Shown here piece after piece: positions 51,456 to 63,319 of a stretch of DNA of 64,000 bases. The stretch comes from Vicinamibacterales bacterium (GTDB lineage: Bacteria > Acidobacteriota > Vicinamibacteria > Vicinamibacterales > UBA8438): the NCBI GenBank assembly GCA_965220695.1, contig OZ244838.1:3597713-3661712 (forward strand). The letters are read 5' to 3'. A program made the translations under genes and the position numbers. The notes beneath the pieces are model-generated. The model had not been told where the DNA came from and did not search any database. It saw only the letters and a program-made list of their open reading frames with translations. Position 1 is the stretch's first letter; the number at the start of each line of letters is the position of its first letter.

Positions 51456-52143
51456 CGCGCTGATCGACTACGGCGCCGGGAACCTGACGTCGGTCCGCAA
51501 GGCGCTGGCGCATCTGGACGCCCGGGTGATGACTCCGGCAGCGCCCGCCGACATGGCGTCGGCCGACGGCGTCATCGTGCCCGGTGTCGGCCACTTCGAA
51601 GTCACCCGCTCGCTCGGCCCCGACTGGCACGCCGCCATCCGTGATCACATCTCGCGGCAACGCCCACTGCTCGGTATCTGCGTCGGCATGCAGTGGCTGT
51701 TCGAGGGCAGCGCGGAAGCGCCCGACCACCCGGGGCTGGCGCTGCTGCCCGGCGCCTGTCGTCTGATCACCGACGACGCGCCAGTCAGCACACTTTCGCC
51801 GCCTGACGGCGCCTGTCGTCCGATCACCGACGACGCGCTGGTCGGCACACCTCCGCCGCCTGACGGCGCCCGCACCCTGAAGGTCCCGCACGTCGGCTGG
51901 AACTCCCTGCGCATGACGAAGACGTCCTGGCTGCTCGACGACGTGGCGGCTGGGGCGCAGGTGTATTTCACCCACTCGTTCGCGGCGCCGCTGACCGCCG
52001 ACTGCGTCGGCGCCACGCGCTACGGGTTCGAGTTCGCGGCCGCGGTCGAGCGGGACCACGTGGGCGGCGTCCAGTTCCATCCGGAGAAGTCGTCCGAGGT
52101 CGGACTGCGAATACTCCGGAACTTCCTGCGCAAGGTCTCGTAA
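51451..52143 (+). CDS. hisH: Imidazole glycerol phosphate synthase, glutaminase subunit
   Basis: [35 protein letters not shown]. Confidence 0.96.
   Translation: MIALIDYGAGNLTSVRKALAHLDARVMTPAAPADMASADGVIVPGVGHFEVTRSLGPDWHAAIRDHISRQRPLLGICVGMQWLFEGSAEAPDHPGLALLPGACRLITDDAPVSTLSPPDGACRPITDDALVGTPPPPDGARTLKVPHVGWNSLRMTKTSWLLDDVAAGAQVYFTHSFAAPLTADCVGATRYGFEFAAAVERDHVGGVQFHPEKSSEVGLRILRNFLRKVS
51751..51870 (+). repeat. 57-bp in-frame tandem duplication inside hisH
   Basis: 51751-51807 and 51808-51864: [19 protein letters not shown] / [19 protein letters not shown]. Confidence 0.9.
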
Positions 52144-52156
52144 GGCTGCCATTGCC

Positions 52157-52915
52157 ATGCTCTCAAAGCGGATCATTGCGTGTCTGGACGTTCGTGACGG
52201 GTCGGTCGTCAAGGGCATCAATTTCGAAGGCCTGCGGAACGCCGGCGATCCCGCGGCGCTGGCGGCGCGGTACAACCGCGAGGGCATCGACGAAGTGGTG
52301 ATTCTCGACGTCACGGCCACGATCGAAAAGCGCAAGGCCCTGGCCGAAACGATTCGCGCAGTGGCGCAGGAGATCTTTCTGCCGCTCTGCGTCGGGGGCG
52401 GCATCCGCGGCGAGGACCACGCCGCGGCGGCCATCGAGGCGGGCGCCGACAAGGTCGGCATCAACACCGCGGCGCTCAAGCAACCGGCGTTGATCACCAC
52501 CCTCGCTAAGCGCTACGGGAGTCAGGCGGTCATCGTCGCTATCGACGCCAAGCGTGAGGATGGGCGCTTCAAGATCTACGTGCGTAGTGGACAGGAGGGC
52601 ACCGAGCGTGACGCGGTGGAGTGGGCGCGCGAGGCCGCCGACCGGGGGGCCGGTGAGATCCTGTTGACCTCGATCGATCGGGACGGCACCAAACGGGGTT
52701 TCGACTGCGGGCTGACCGCCGCGGTGTCATCCGCCGTGCCGATCCCGGTCATCGCCTCCGGCGGCGCCGGCACATTCGAGCACTTCGTGGAGGTGTTCAC
52801 CGCGGGTCGGGCCGACGCCGCCCTCGCCGCGTCGATCTTTCACTATGCGGAGCAGGCCGTCTCCGAATTGAAATCGTTTCTGTCGACCAATGGGATACCG
52901 GTCAGAACGACCTGA
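52157..52915 (+). CDS. hisF: Imidazole glycerol phosphate synthase, cyclase subunit
   Basis: [36 protein letters not shown]. Confidence 0.97.
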   Translation: MLSKRIIACLDVRDGSVVKGINFEGLRNAGDPAALAARYNREGIDEVVILDVTATIEKRKALAETIRAVAQEIFLPLCVGGGIRGEDHAAAAIEAGADKVGINTAALKQPALITTLAKRYGSQAVIVAIDAKREDGRFKIYVRSGQEGTERDAVEWAREAADRGAGEILLTSIDRDGTKRGFDCGLTAAVSSAVPIPVIASGGAGTFEHFVEVFTAGRADAALAASIFHYAEQAVSELKSFLSTNGIPVRTT

Positions 52916-52927
52916 ACGGAGCCGCAC

Positions 52928-53629
52928 GTGCTGATACCCTCGATCGACCTGAAGGGCGGGCGCGTCGTGCAACTCGTACAGGGCGAGCGGTTGGCGATCG
53001 AGAGCGACGACCTCGACGGGTGGATCTCTCGATTCTCCCGGTTTCCCCGGGTGCAACTGATCGATCTCGACGCGGCGCTGGAAAGCGGGACCAACGACCA
53101 TCTGGTCCAGCGGGTCGCGTCCCGGCTACCGTGCCGCGTGGGCGGAGGCATCCGATCGGTCGAACGGGCGCGCGAGGTGCTCGGATACGGCGCGCGGGCT
53201 GTCATCGTCAGTTCGTCGCTGTTCCGCAACGGCAGGCCGGACCTGGAATTCGCGCGATCGCTTGCCGACGCGGTGGGTGTCGATCGAGTGATCGCAGCCG
53301 TGGACAGCAAGGCTGGCCGGGTCGTCATTCGCGGATGGACCGAGCCGGTCGCGGTCACGGCGGTCGAGGCGGCGCAGGCGCTCGAACCCTACTGCGGCGA
53401 GTTCCTGTACACGCACGTCGACCGCGAAGGACTGATGACCGGGACCGACATGGCCGCGGTGCAGGCTGTCGCCGCCGCCACCCACCGGCCGGTGACGGCG
53501 GCCGGCGGGATCACGACCCGCGCCGAGATCGAAACCCTTGACGCCGCCGGCATCGACGCCGTCGTCGGCATGGCCATCTACACCGGCGCGCTGGCGCTCG
53601 ACGAGACCGCCGCGCACGACTCCCCATGA
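52928..53629 (+). CDS. hisA: ProFAR isomerase
   Basis: LIPSIDLKGGRVVQLVQG, IDLDAA, VGGGIR, AAGGI. Confidence 0.93.
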   Translation: MLIPSIDLKGGRVVQLVQGERLAIESDDLDGWISRFSRFPRVQLIDLDAALESGTNDHLVQRVASRLPCRVGGGIRSVERAREVLGYGARAVIVSSSLFRNGRPDLEFARSLADAVGVDRVIAAVDSKAGRVVIRGWTEPVAVTAVEAAQALEPYCGEFLYTHVDREGLMTGTDMAAVQAVAAATHRPVTAAGGITTRAEIETLDAAGIDAVVGMAIYTGALALDETAAHDSP

Positions 53630-54390
53630 CCCAGCGCTGGGATCCGGACACCTACGCTGCACACGCCCGGTTCGTCTCGAACCTCGGGGCGCCGGTCGTT
53701 GACCTGCTCGATCCGCAGCCGGGTGAGCGCGTCCTCGATCTGGGGTGCGGCGACGGCGCTCTGACCGAACGTCTGCGGCAGGCGGGATGCCGCGTCGTCG
53801 GCATCGACAGCAGTCCCGAGCAGGTGTGGGCCGCCCTCCAACGCGGATTCGACGCCAGGATCATCGATGCCAACGAGCTGCCGTTCGACGCCGAGTTCGA
53901 TGCGGTCTTCAGCAACGCGGTGCTGCACTGGATCGTCGACGCCGATCAGTTGCTGCGGGGTGTCCGAACCGCGTTGAAGCCGGGCGGCCGGTTCGTCGGC
54001 GAGTTCGGGGGCGCCGGGAACGTCGCCGCTATTCGAGACGCGCTCTCGCAGGCACTGGAAGCGCGCGATATCGACGTCGCCGCCGTCGACCCCTGGTATT
54101 TCCCGACGGCCGATCAGTACCGCCAGCGACTGACCCGCTGCGGCTTCTCGGTCGATTCGATCCAGACCTTTCCACGACCGACGGCGTTGTCGGGCGACAT
54201 CGCGCAGTGGCTCGAGATCTTCGCGCAGCCGTTTCTTGGAGCGGTCCCGGCCGCCGAGCGCCCCGCGCTGCTCAGCGACGTCCGAGCGCGGCTCGCCCCG
54301 GTCCTCCTCACCGGGAATGGCGTCTGGGTCGTCGACTACGTCCGCCTGCGCTTCGCCGCAACCAGACGCGAGTCGACGCGGGAACCCTGA
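53626..54390 (+). CDS. Class I SAM-dependent methyltransferase
   Basis: VLDLGCGDG, FDAVFSNAVLHW, DYVRLRF. Confidence 0.9.
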   Translation: MTQRWDPDTYAAHARFVSNLGAPVVDLLDPQPGERVLDLGCGDGALTERLRQAGCRVVGIDSSPEQVWAALQRGFDARIIDANELPFDAEFDAVFSNAVLHWIVDADQLLRGVRTALKPGGRFVGEFGGAGNVAAIRDALSQALEARDIDVAAVDPWYFPTADQYRQRLTRCGFSVDSIQTFPRPTALSGDIAQWLEIFAQPFLGAVPAAERPALLSDVRARLAPVLLTGNGVWVVDYVRLRFAATRRESTREP

Positions 54391-54506
54391 CCCCGGCCTT
54401 TCGGCCGCGGGCGCGCCGTCTGCCGGCTTCGCTGTGCGGAGGGTGTGGCACGAACGGCGGTTGCCTTGCCCCACCCGCTGACAGGGCTTGGAATCTTCAC
54501 ATCGGT

Positions 54507-55170
54507 TCAATGCCGCGTACGCCTCAACTCACACGGGAGGAGACGACGCGCCCCAACAGTATTGCAGTCGGCCAATCGTTCAAGCTGCTCGCTCACGCCC
54601 AGAAAGACCTGCTCGATCTGCTCGTCCAGCTCGGTGCGGTCGGTAATGATCAGCACCCGCCCGTTGCGCACATGCTCGCGGATCCACTTCGCGAGCCAGA
54701 CCATGATCAGGCTTTTCCCGCTGCCCTGCGTGTGCCAGATGATCCCGCCTTGCCGCTGCTGCACGTGCGCTTGCGCCGCCCGCACGCCGAAGTACTGGTT
54801 GTGGCGGCAGGTCTTCTTGATGCCCGCGTCGAAAACGATGAAGTCGTGCACGATTTCGAGCAGCCGCTCCTTTTCGCAGAGTTGGCTCATCTCGCGGAGC
54901 AGGCCGTAGACCGCGCGGTTGGCGTCGTAGAGGATGAGCTCGAGGCCGCGCCCCCACGACTCGACCAGGCCGGCGCGGAAGAACGCATGCGCCACGTCGG
55001 GATTGAACGGCTTCGACTCGTGCTTCTCCAGCAGGTCTTCCGCTTTCCAGTCCGGTGGAAGCTGGCCCGGGTTCCAGATCATGAGCTTGCCGTCGTAGAC
55101 GCTGATCTGGATGGTCGCCCCGGACGCGTAGTCCTTGTGGATCACGGCGTTGAGCACCGCCTCGCCGGCA
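54507..55170 (-). pseudogene. Chimeric remnant: AlbA/RecG-C (HATPase_c_4) fragment joined to type I restriction HsdR fragments
   Basis: EAVLNAVIHKDY..NPG.L..NP..A..F.RAG.VESWGRG then LYDANRAVYGLLR then HDFIVFD..RHNQY..WHTQGSGKS..ITDRTELD. Confidence 0.8.
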
Positions 55171-55213
55171 GTCCGAGTCCCTCCATTGCGCAGCCCGCGC
55201 ACATGGGCGATGA

Positions 55214-56857
<1,644 letters not shown>

Positions 56858-56886
56858 GCGGCGGCCGGTGCCGGCGCTGATAAGGC

Positions 56887-59556
56887 CTACTCCGTGCGGA
56901 GCGCGGCGAGGGGATCGACGCGCGCGGCACGTCGCGCCGGGAACCAGGCCGCCGCAGCGGCCAGCAGCAGCAACAGCAGCGAGACGGCGGCCAGCGTCGT
57001 GATATCGAACGGCGCGATCTCGAACAGCAGGCTGGTCAGGGTCTGCGAGACCAGGAGCGACGCGAGCAGCCCGATCACGACACCCGATCCGGCCAGACCG
57101 ACCGCCCCGCGGACCACCATGCGCACGACGTCCCCGGGTTGCGCGCCCAGGGCCAGCCGCAGGCCGATCTCGCGTGTGCGTTGCGTGGTGGCGACCGCGA
57201 TGACCGCGTAGATGCCGAGGCTGGCCAGCGTCAGGGCCGCCAGGCCGAACAGGGCGATCAGCGTTGTCGTGAATCGCCGCGCCGCGAGCGTGTCCGACAG
57301 GAGTTGCTCGACGGTGGCGACGCTGTAGAAGGTCAGAAGCGGCGCGGCGGCCCACACAACGTCCTGAATCGCCGGGACGCTGGCCGCCGGATCCCCGACC
57401 GTCCGCACGATGTAGGTCATCGCGCCGTTCGGAGCCTGCGCGTGCGGGACGAACAGTTCCGGACGCGGGCGGCTGTCGAAGCCCCGGGGACGTACCGCGC
57501 CGACGACGCCGACGATCTCCGCCTCGATCGTGCCCGTGAACGCCTGTCCCGTGATCTGCACGGTCACCCGTTGTGTGATCGGATCCGAATCCGGCCAGTG
57601 CTGCCGCGCCAGCGTCTCGTTGATCACCGCGACGGTCGGACGCTCGGCATCGTCACGCTCGTCGAACCAGCGCCCGGCCCTGAGCGGAATCCGCATCGTG
57701 TCGAAGTAGGCCGGGGTCGCGACGGAGACGCTCGTCGTCGGTTCTTCGCCCGCTGGGGGCGGTGGCCGATCGTGAATCGTCAACGGGCTCTCGGCCGTCA
57801 GGTCGGCCAGGCCGAGCGGGAACGACGACACGGCGCCGGCCGACATGACCCCGGGCAGCACGCGGATGCCTGCGAGAGTCTCGCGGAAGAAGTTCGGGGT
57901 GGCCTCGGTCCCGTCCTCCCCGTAGTGGAACACCTGCAGCGCCACCGCGTTCTGCGGGACGAAACCCAGATCCACGGTCACGAGCCGCGCGAAGCTCTGC
58001 ACGAGCAGACCGGCGCCGACCAGCAGCACCAGCGCCAGGGCGACTTCCGTCGTGACCAGCAGGCGTCGCAGCCGCTGGTGCGCTACGGTGGCGCCGACCC
58101 GGCGTCCTCTCGTGAGCGGGCCGTTGACGTCCTGCCGGAGCACCGTGACGGCGGGCGCACAGCCGAACGCCAGGGCCGTCAGGGCAACGAGGCCGACGGC
58201 GAATCCAAGGAGCCGACCGTTCACGGTGATCTGCGCCAGGCGCGGCACGTCGACCGGCATCAGCGCCGCGATCGCGTCGATTGAATAGGCGGTCAGCACG
58301 AGGCCGCCGAGTCCGCCCAGCGCCGCGATCGCCGCGCTCTCGGTCAACAGTTGACGCAGCAGGCGCGCGCGCCCGCCACCGACCGCCGCGCGAATGGCGA
58401 ACTCCTGCTCGCGCCGCGCGTAGCGCGCCAGCATCAGGTTCGCGACGTTGACGCAGGCGATCAGCAGGACGAAGACCACGGCGCCCCAGAGCAGCAGCAG
58501 CACCGGTCGCACCGCTTCGACCTGACGCGCCTGCATCGGGATGAGGCGCGCGCCGACGCCCGTGTTGGTGCGCGGATGGTCGGCGGCCAGCCTGCCGGCG
58601 ACGGCGTCCATCTCGGCCTGCGCCTCGGCAAGCGTGACCTCCGGGCGCAGCCGTCCGATCACGTGCCACCAGCCGCCGCCGCGAATGAAGGTCTCGTACT
58701 CGGCGATCGCCTTGGGCGCGAAGAGATCACGATCGTCGCGGCCGCGCTCCAGCCCGAGTTCGAAGTCCGGGGCGAGCACGCCGACGATGGTGTACGGCTG
58801 GCCATCCAGTACCAGCGGCCGGCCGATGATGCCGGGGTCGGCGCCGAAGCGGCGCCGCCACAGCCCATCCGTCAGGATGACGACCCCGCTGCCCGGCCTG
58901 AATTCTTCCGGCAGGAACGTCCGGCCGTGCGCGGCGCCGGCGCCGAGCGCGTCGAAGAACCCCTCCGTAACGAGCGACGCGTAGAGCACCTCGGGTTCGC
59001 CGCCGCCGGTGAAGTCGAACGAGTAGGGCTCGATCGCCGCCACCTGCTCGAAGCTGCGGGCCTGCTCGCGCCAGTCCAGGAAATTCGCGGGCGCCGGCTC
59101 GGCGGGCAGGTTGCCGTTGTCGGGATCGGTCTCCCACAGGGTGACGAGGCGCTCGGGATCCGGGAACGGCGGCGGCTGGAGCAGCACCGCGTCCACGACC
59201 GAGAAGACGGTCGTGGTCGCGCCGATCGCCAGCGTCAGCGTCAGGACGGTGGCGGCGGTGAAGCCGGGATTCCGGCGCAGCATCCGCAGACCGTAACGGA
59301 CGTCCTGGAACACCTGCTCCAGCGGCGCGCCGAAGCGCGATTCGCGAACGTGCGTCCTGGTCGCCGCCAGACCGCCGAGGGCCGCCAGCGCCTGCCGGCG
59401 CGCTTCGGCGGGCGGGATGCCCGTCGTACGTCGAGCTTCGGTCTCCAGGGCGACGTGCTGCTGCAGCTCGTCGTCCAGCTCGCGGTCGACACGGTCCCGG
59501 TGGAGGAGCGCCCGCGTTCGGGCCCGCCATGCGTACAGCCAGCGCGCAAAGGGCAT
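56887..59556 (-). CDS. ADOP-type duplicated MacB/FtsX permease
   Basis: DRELDDEL..H prefix, QDVRYGLR, LLIACVNVANL, EIGLRLALGA, ARRAARVDP. Confidence 0.93.
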   Translation of the reverse strand: MPFARWLYAWRARTRALLHRDRVDRELDDELQQHVALETEARRTTGIPPAEARRQALAALGGLAATRTHVRESRFGAPLEQVFQDVRYGLRMLRRNPGFTAATVLTLTLAIGATTTVFSVVDAVLLQPPPFPDPERLVTLWETDPDNGNLPAEPAPANFLDWREQARSFEQVAAIEPYSFDFTGGGEPEVLYASLVTEGFFDALGAGAAHGRTFLPEEFRPGSGVVILTDGLWRRRFGADPGIIGRPLVLDGQPYTIVGVLAPDFELGLERGRDDRDLFAPKAIAEYETFIRGGGWWHVIGRLRPEVTLAEAQAEMDAVAGRLAADHPRTNTGVGARLIPMQARQVEAVRPVLLLLWGAVVFVLLIACVNVANLMLARYARREQEFAIRAAVGGGRARLLRQLLTESAAIAALGGLGGLVLTAYSIDAIAALMPVDVPRLAQITVNGRLLGFAVGLVALTALAFGCAPAVTVLRQDVNGPLTRGRRVGATVAHQRLRRLLVTTEVALALVLLVGAGLLVQSFARLVTVDLGFVPQNAVALQVFHYGEDGTEATPNFFRETLAGIRVLPGVMSAGAVSSFPLGLADLTAESPLTIHDRPPPPAGEEPTTSVSVATPAYFDTMRIPLRAGRWFDERDDAERPTVAVINETLARQHWPDSDPITQRVTVQITGQAFTGTIEAEIVGVVGAVRPRGFDSRPRPELFVPHAQAPNGAMTYIVRTVGDPAASVPAIQDVVWAAAPLLTFYSVATVEQLLSDTLAARRFTTTLIALFGLAALTLASLGIYAVIAVATTQRTREIGLRLALGAQPGDVVRMVVRGAVGLAGSGVVIGLLASLLVSQTLTSLLFEIAPFDITTLAAVSLLLLLLAAAAAWFPARRAARVDPLAALRTE

Positions 59557-59559
59557 GCG

Positions 59560-59895
59560 TCAGGCCTCCGTCAGCCCGACCACGTGCGTGATCGCCTGCG
59601 ACAGCCGCTCCCAGTTCGCCGATTCCTGCTCCAGGTACCGCTGCCCGGGTGGCGTCAGCTCGTAGATCTTCGCGCGCCGCTTGTTCTCGGTGTCCCGCCA
59701 CTCGGCCGTAATCCAGCCCTGCTGCTCGAGCTTGTGCAACGCGGGGTACAGCGAGCCGTCGCTCACCTGCAGGACGTCGTTCGATGCCCGCTTCAGCCGC
59801 TGGCCGATGGCCCATCCGCTCAACGGCTGCAGGTGCAGGATCTTCAGAATCAGGAGGTCGAGCGTGCCCTGCACCAGGTTCGACGGCTTGGTCAT
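59560..59895 (-). CDS. PadR family transcriptional regulator (acidobacterial type)
   Basis: QGTLDLLIL, GSLYPALHKLE, ENKRRAKIY. Confidence 0.94.
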   Translation of the reverse strand: MTKPSNLVQGTLDLLILKILHLQPLSGWAIGQRLKRASNDVLQVSDGSLYPALHKLEQQGWITAEWRDTENKRRAKIYELTPPGQRYLEQESANWERLSQAITHVVGLTEA

Positions 59896-59901
59896 TTGGA
59901 T

Positions 59902-59956
59902 TTCCTCTCGGTTACCGTGTGAAGGTAGCATGACTCCTCTCGGTAAACAAGGGGGG
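59902..59956 (-). promoter_or_regulatory. Two imperfect-palindrome operator-like boxes flanking the -10 of padR
   Basis: TCCTCTCGGT occurs twice (59903, 59935); minus strand CCCCTTGTTTACCGAGAGGAG...TTCACACGGTAACCGAGAGGAA, the second overlapping the RBS. Confidence 0.55.
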
Positions 59957-60137
59957 CGGTCGTCACAGCGTTGGCCGCGGCCGTTTGCTACAATGCCGGT
60001 CTGGCTCGCAGTCCGTGTCGGACTGCCAGTCTCCTCGTCTGGCCTGCACCGCGGCGAGTTGTCGACTGCCCCCGCCCCCAGCCAGAGTCGTGGCACGTCG
60101 TGGATCCGTTTTCCCGAAGCGAGACGGTGACTCAGGG

Positions 60138-60749
60138 ATGAGCGTGCGTCGCGTGTGTGTCTTCGCCGGAACGCACCTGGGCGTAAACCCCGCGTACCAG
60201 GACTCGGCGCGTGCGCTCGGGCGCGCACTGGTAGCCCGTGGCGTCGAGGTCGTGTACGGCGGCGCCGCCGGTGGGTTGATGGGCACGCTCGCCGACGCGG
60301 TCCTTGACGCCGGCGGCCGGATCATCGGCGTGATTCCCCGCGATCTCCTGCCGCGCGAAATACCCCATCAGGGACTGTCCGACCTTCGGATCGTCGACTC
60401 GATGCACCAGCGCAAGGCGCTGATGGCTGCGCTGGCCGACCAGTTCGTCGCGCTGCCCGGTGGGTTCGGCACCTGTGAGGAACTCTTCGAGATACTCACC
60501 TGGGAGCAGATCGGGATCCATGACAAACGGTGCGGCGTGCTCAACGTGGAGGGCTACTACGACGGCGTGCTGCAGTGGCTGGATCACGCCGTGGCGCAAC
60601 GGTTCCTCGAACCGGAACACCGCTCGATGCTGATCGTCGACACACAGGTCGAGCGCCTGCTGGACCGGCTGGCCGACGACACGCCGCCGGGCATCGACGC
60701 GTGGGCGGACGATGCCGCGCCGCTGTCTGCGCGAGCGCTCAGAAGGTGA
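60138..60749 (+). CDS. LOG family (TIGR00730) nucleotide phosphoribohydrolase
   Basis: VYGGA..GLMG, MHQRK, PGGFGT.EE. Confidence 0.92.
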   Translation: MSVRRVCVFAGTHLGVNPAYQDSARALGRALVARGVEVVYGGAAGGLMGTLADAVLDAGGRIIGVIPRDLLPREIPHQGLSDLRIVDSMHQRKALMAALADQFVALPGGFGTCEELFEILTWEQIGIHDKRCGVLNVEGYYDGVLQWLDHAVAQRFLEPEHRSMLIVDTQVERLLDRLADDTPPGIDAWADDAAPLSARALRR

Positions 60750-63276
60750 CGCGCGTGCTGAGGCCGAAGCTGCGCGGCGGATTGGTCAGATAGCCGACCC
60801 GGGCGAGTGTGCCCCGCTCCTGGTCGAGCGCCAGGAACGCCCGCTCGTCGGTGACGTTGTCGATGAAGAACGCGACATCCCAGCGGCCGTCGAGCACGCC
60901 TATCCGTGTGTTGAGGATGTTGTACGCCGGAAGTTCCGGATTGAATCGGAACGTGTCCTGCGCCAGCGGACCGCCGATGACCGTGCCCGGGTGCAGCACG
61001 GGCGACAGGCCCGTCAGGTCGACCGTGCCGAACCCCGCCGACTGGTCGCCGACCTGCGTGAAACGTGAACCGACGTGCTGGAAGGTCCCGCTGACATAGC
61101 CGACCCAGCGGTTGCCCATCACCCAGCGCCACGTGGCTGCCGCGGCCATCTGGAACAGGGGCGTCGTCGGCAGTCGTTTGCCCGCTTCGATGCCCGAGAC
61201 CACGTTGACCATCCCGTCGTCACCGGTCGACGTCAAGGTCGACTGCAGCCGGGCGTCGGCGGCGCTGGCGGATACGGCGAAGTCGAAGAAGGTGGTCGGT
61301 TGCGCGGCGAGCTCCAGCTCCAGGCCGGCGCTGCGCGCGTCCGGCACGTTGAAGATGATCCGCGACGAGCAGGATCCCGCCGTCACGGTCGCCTGCAGGT
61401 TGCTGACGTCCATGTAGAACCCCGAGACGTTGAACGTGCCGCGGCCGCCCAGAAAGGTCGACTTGGCGCCCGCCTCGTAGTTCCACAGCTCTTCGTCCTC
61501 CCAGGTGTCCCGGCCGCCGAAGGTGAGCAGATCGGTCGGGGTGCAGATCGGCGCGTTGAGCGGGTCGTTGATGCCGCCGAGGCGGAAGCCCTTCGACACC
61601 TGCGCGTTCACCTGCGTGGCCTCGGTCACGTCGAAGGCGGCGATGAGCCTGGGCGCGACGCCGGCCGCCGTCGTCGTTCCTTCGCTGTCGAGCGGATCGG
61701 AGAACAGACCGTCGAAGGTCTGGGTGCGCGCCTCGTCGAAGTCGTACCAGCGCAGACCGCCGGTCAGGCTGAAGCGGTCGGTGACGGCCAGCGAGACCTC
61801 GCCGAAGACCGCGAGCTGATTGAAGTCGTAGTTGAGATCGGAGAAGAAGAGCTCTTCCGTATCGGGCCGGCCCGCCAGCGATCGCGATCCCGACCAGACG
61901 AGGTCCGGTATGCCGGTCACGACCCGCAGGAACTCCGAGACGGCGGCGCCGTTGGCAGCCACGTAGTTCTGCGCCTGTGCGCTCTGCCCGTACTGGCGCT
62001 CGGACGTGCTGTAGAACGTGCCGACCACCCAGTCCACCCGCTGGCCGTCGCCCGCGACGCGTATCTCCTGCGTCAGTCCCGTCGCGGTTGTCGCATCAAG
62101 CAGCGGCATGTCGAGCGTATAGCCCGCTTCCGGTGCGCCGAACGGGCTGAACGAGACGCTGGCTCCCAGCGCCGTCGCGTCGCGGACCACCAGGACGTCA
62201 CGGTTGGTGACGGACGTGATGGAGGTCAACGCCGCGCCGCCGAAGTCATACTCGACCGTGAGATCCCCCAGCAGGAAATCGTCGGTGAACGGTTCCTCGA
62301 TCTGCGTGAAGTGCTCGCGCTCGCCCAGCGTGACCGCCGGCCGCGTGCTGGTGAACGGATTGGCCAGGATATTGTAGGCGTCGATCCGGTTCCACCCGTT
62401 CATCGACACTTCCTGGTAGATGATGCGCGGCGTGACGGCGAACCGATCGTTCGGCTCCAGCCGCAGCGCCAGGCGCGCGCCGCTGCGGCGGCCGCTGTCG
62501 ACGTTCTCGTTGACGCTCAGGTCCGGTTGCACGGCGTCCATGAAGCCGCCGATGGCGGTGTTGTACGCCGTGACGCGGGCCGCCGCCGCGTCGCCGAACG
62601 GAATGTTGACCGCGAACTTGGTGCTGTTGCCGAGCCCGCCGCCATCGAGCGAGCTGACGCCGAACTCGCCCGAACCCTCCATGACGCCGATCACCGGCTG
62701 GTTCGTGATGTACCGCACCGTGCCGGACAGGGATCCAGAGCCGAACAGCGTGCCCTGCGGACCGCGCAGCACCTCGATGCGCGACATGTCGAACAGATCG
62801 ATATCCGGCGTGAAGAGCGACACGGAGATGACCGACTCGTCGAGATAGACGCCGACCTGCTCCTTGACGCCCGGCTGGTCGCGCACGATCTGACCGGCCG
62901 ACACGCCGCGCATCGCGATCTGGCTCTGGCCGGGCCCGAGGTTCTGGACGGAAAAGCCCGCCACGTTCGCCGACACGTCCTCGATGTTGCTCGCGCCGCG
63001 GTTCCAGAGCACCTGCTCGGTCGGCGCGACGACCGAGAACGGCACCGACTGCATGTTCTCTTCGCGCTTCCGGGACGTGACCGTGACGGTCACCTCCTCG
63101 GTGAAACGCCCTGCCTGTTCGTCGTTCTCGGTCTGACCCTGCTGCTGGGGCTGCTGGCGGTCGGCTGGGGGCGGCGCGCCGCCGTCCTGAGCGCCCACCG
63201 GCGGCGCCGTCCAGAGGGTCAGCGCGAGGGCGATGCACGATGCCCCGATCGTGCGGGAGATCGTTCCTGATTGCAT
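60739..63276 (-). CDS. TonB-dependent receptor
   Basis: Signal peptide, EEVTVT TonB box, RIEVLRGPQGTLFG plug, C-terminal Phe. Confidence 0.95.
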   Translation of the reverse strand: MQSGTISRTIGASCIALALTLWTAPPVGAQDGGAPPPADRQQPQQQGQTENDEQAGRFTEEVTVTVTSRKREENMQSVPFSVVAPTEQVLWNRGASNIEDVSANVAGFSVQNLGPGQSQIAMRGVSAGQIVRDQPGVKEQVGVYLDESVISVSLFTPDIDLFDMSRIEVLRGPQGTLFGSGSLSGTVRYITNQPVIGVMEGSGEFGVSSLDGGGLGNSTKFAVNIPFGDAAAARVTAYNTAIGGFMDAVQPDLSVNENVDSGRRSGARLALRLEPNDRFAVTPRIIYQEVSMNGWNRIDAYNILANPFTSTRPAVTLGEREHFTQIEEPFTDDFLLGDLTVEYDFGGAALTSITSVTNRDVLVVRDATALGASVSFSPFGAPEAGYTLDMPLLDATTATGLTQEIRVAGDGQRVDWVVGTFYSTSERQYGQSAQAQNYVAANGAAVSEFLRVVTGIPDLVWSGSRSLAGRPDTEELFFSDLNYDFNQLAVFGEVSLAVTDRFSLTGGLRWYDFDEARTQTFDGLFSDPLDSEGTTTAAGVAPRLIAAFDVTEATQVNAQVSKGFRLGGINDPLNAPICTPTDLLTFGGRDTWEDEELWNYEAGAKSTFLGGRGTFNVSGFYMDVSNLQATVTAGSCSSRIIFNVPDARSAGLELELAAQPTTFFDFAVSASAADARLQSTLTSTGDDGMVNVVSGIEAGKRLPTTPLFQMAAAATWRWVMGNRWVGYVSGTFQHVGSRFTQVGDQSAGFGTVDLTGLSPVLHPGTVIGGPLAQDTFRFNPELPAYNILNTRIGVLDGRWDVAFFIDNVTDERAFLALDQERGTLARVGYLTNPPRSFGLSTRVTF

Positions 63277-63319
63277 TTCGGTCCCACCTCCTTCGCCGGG
63301 CGTTTCCTACGTCCCAGCG

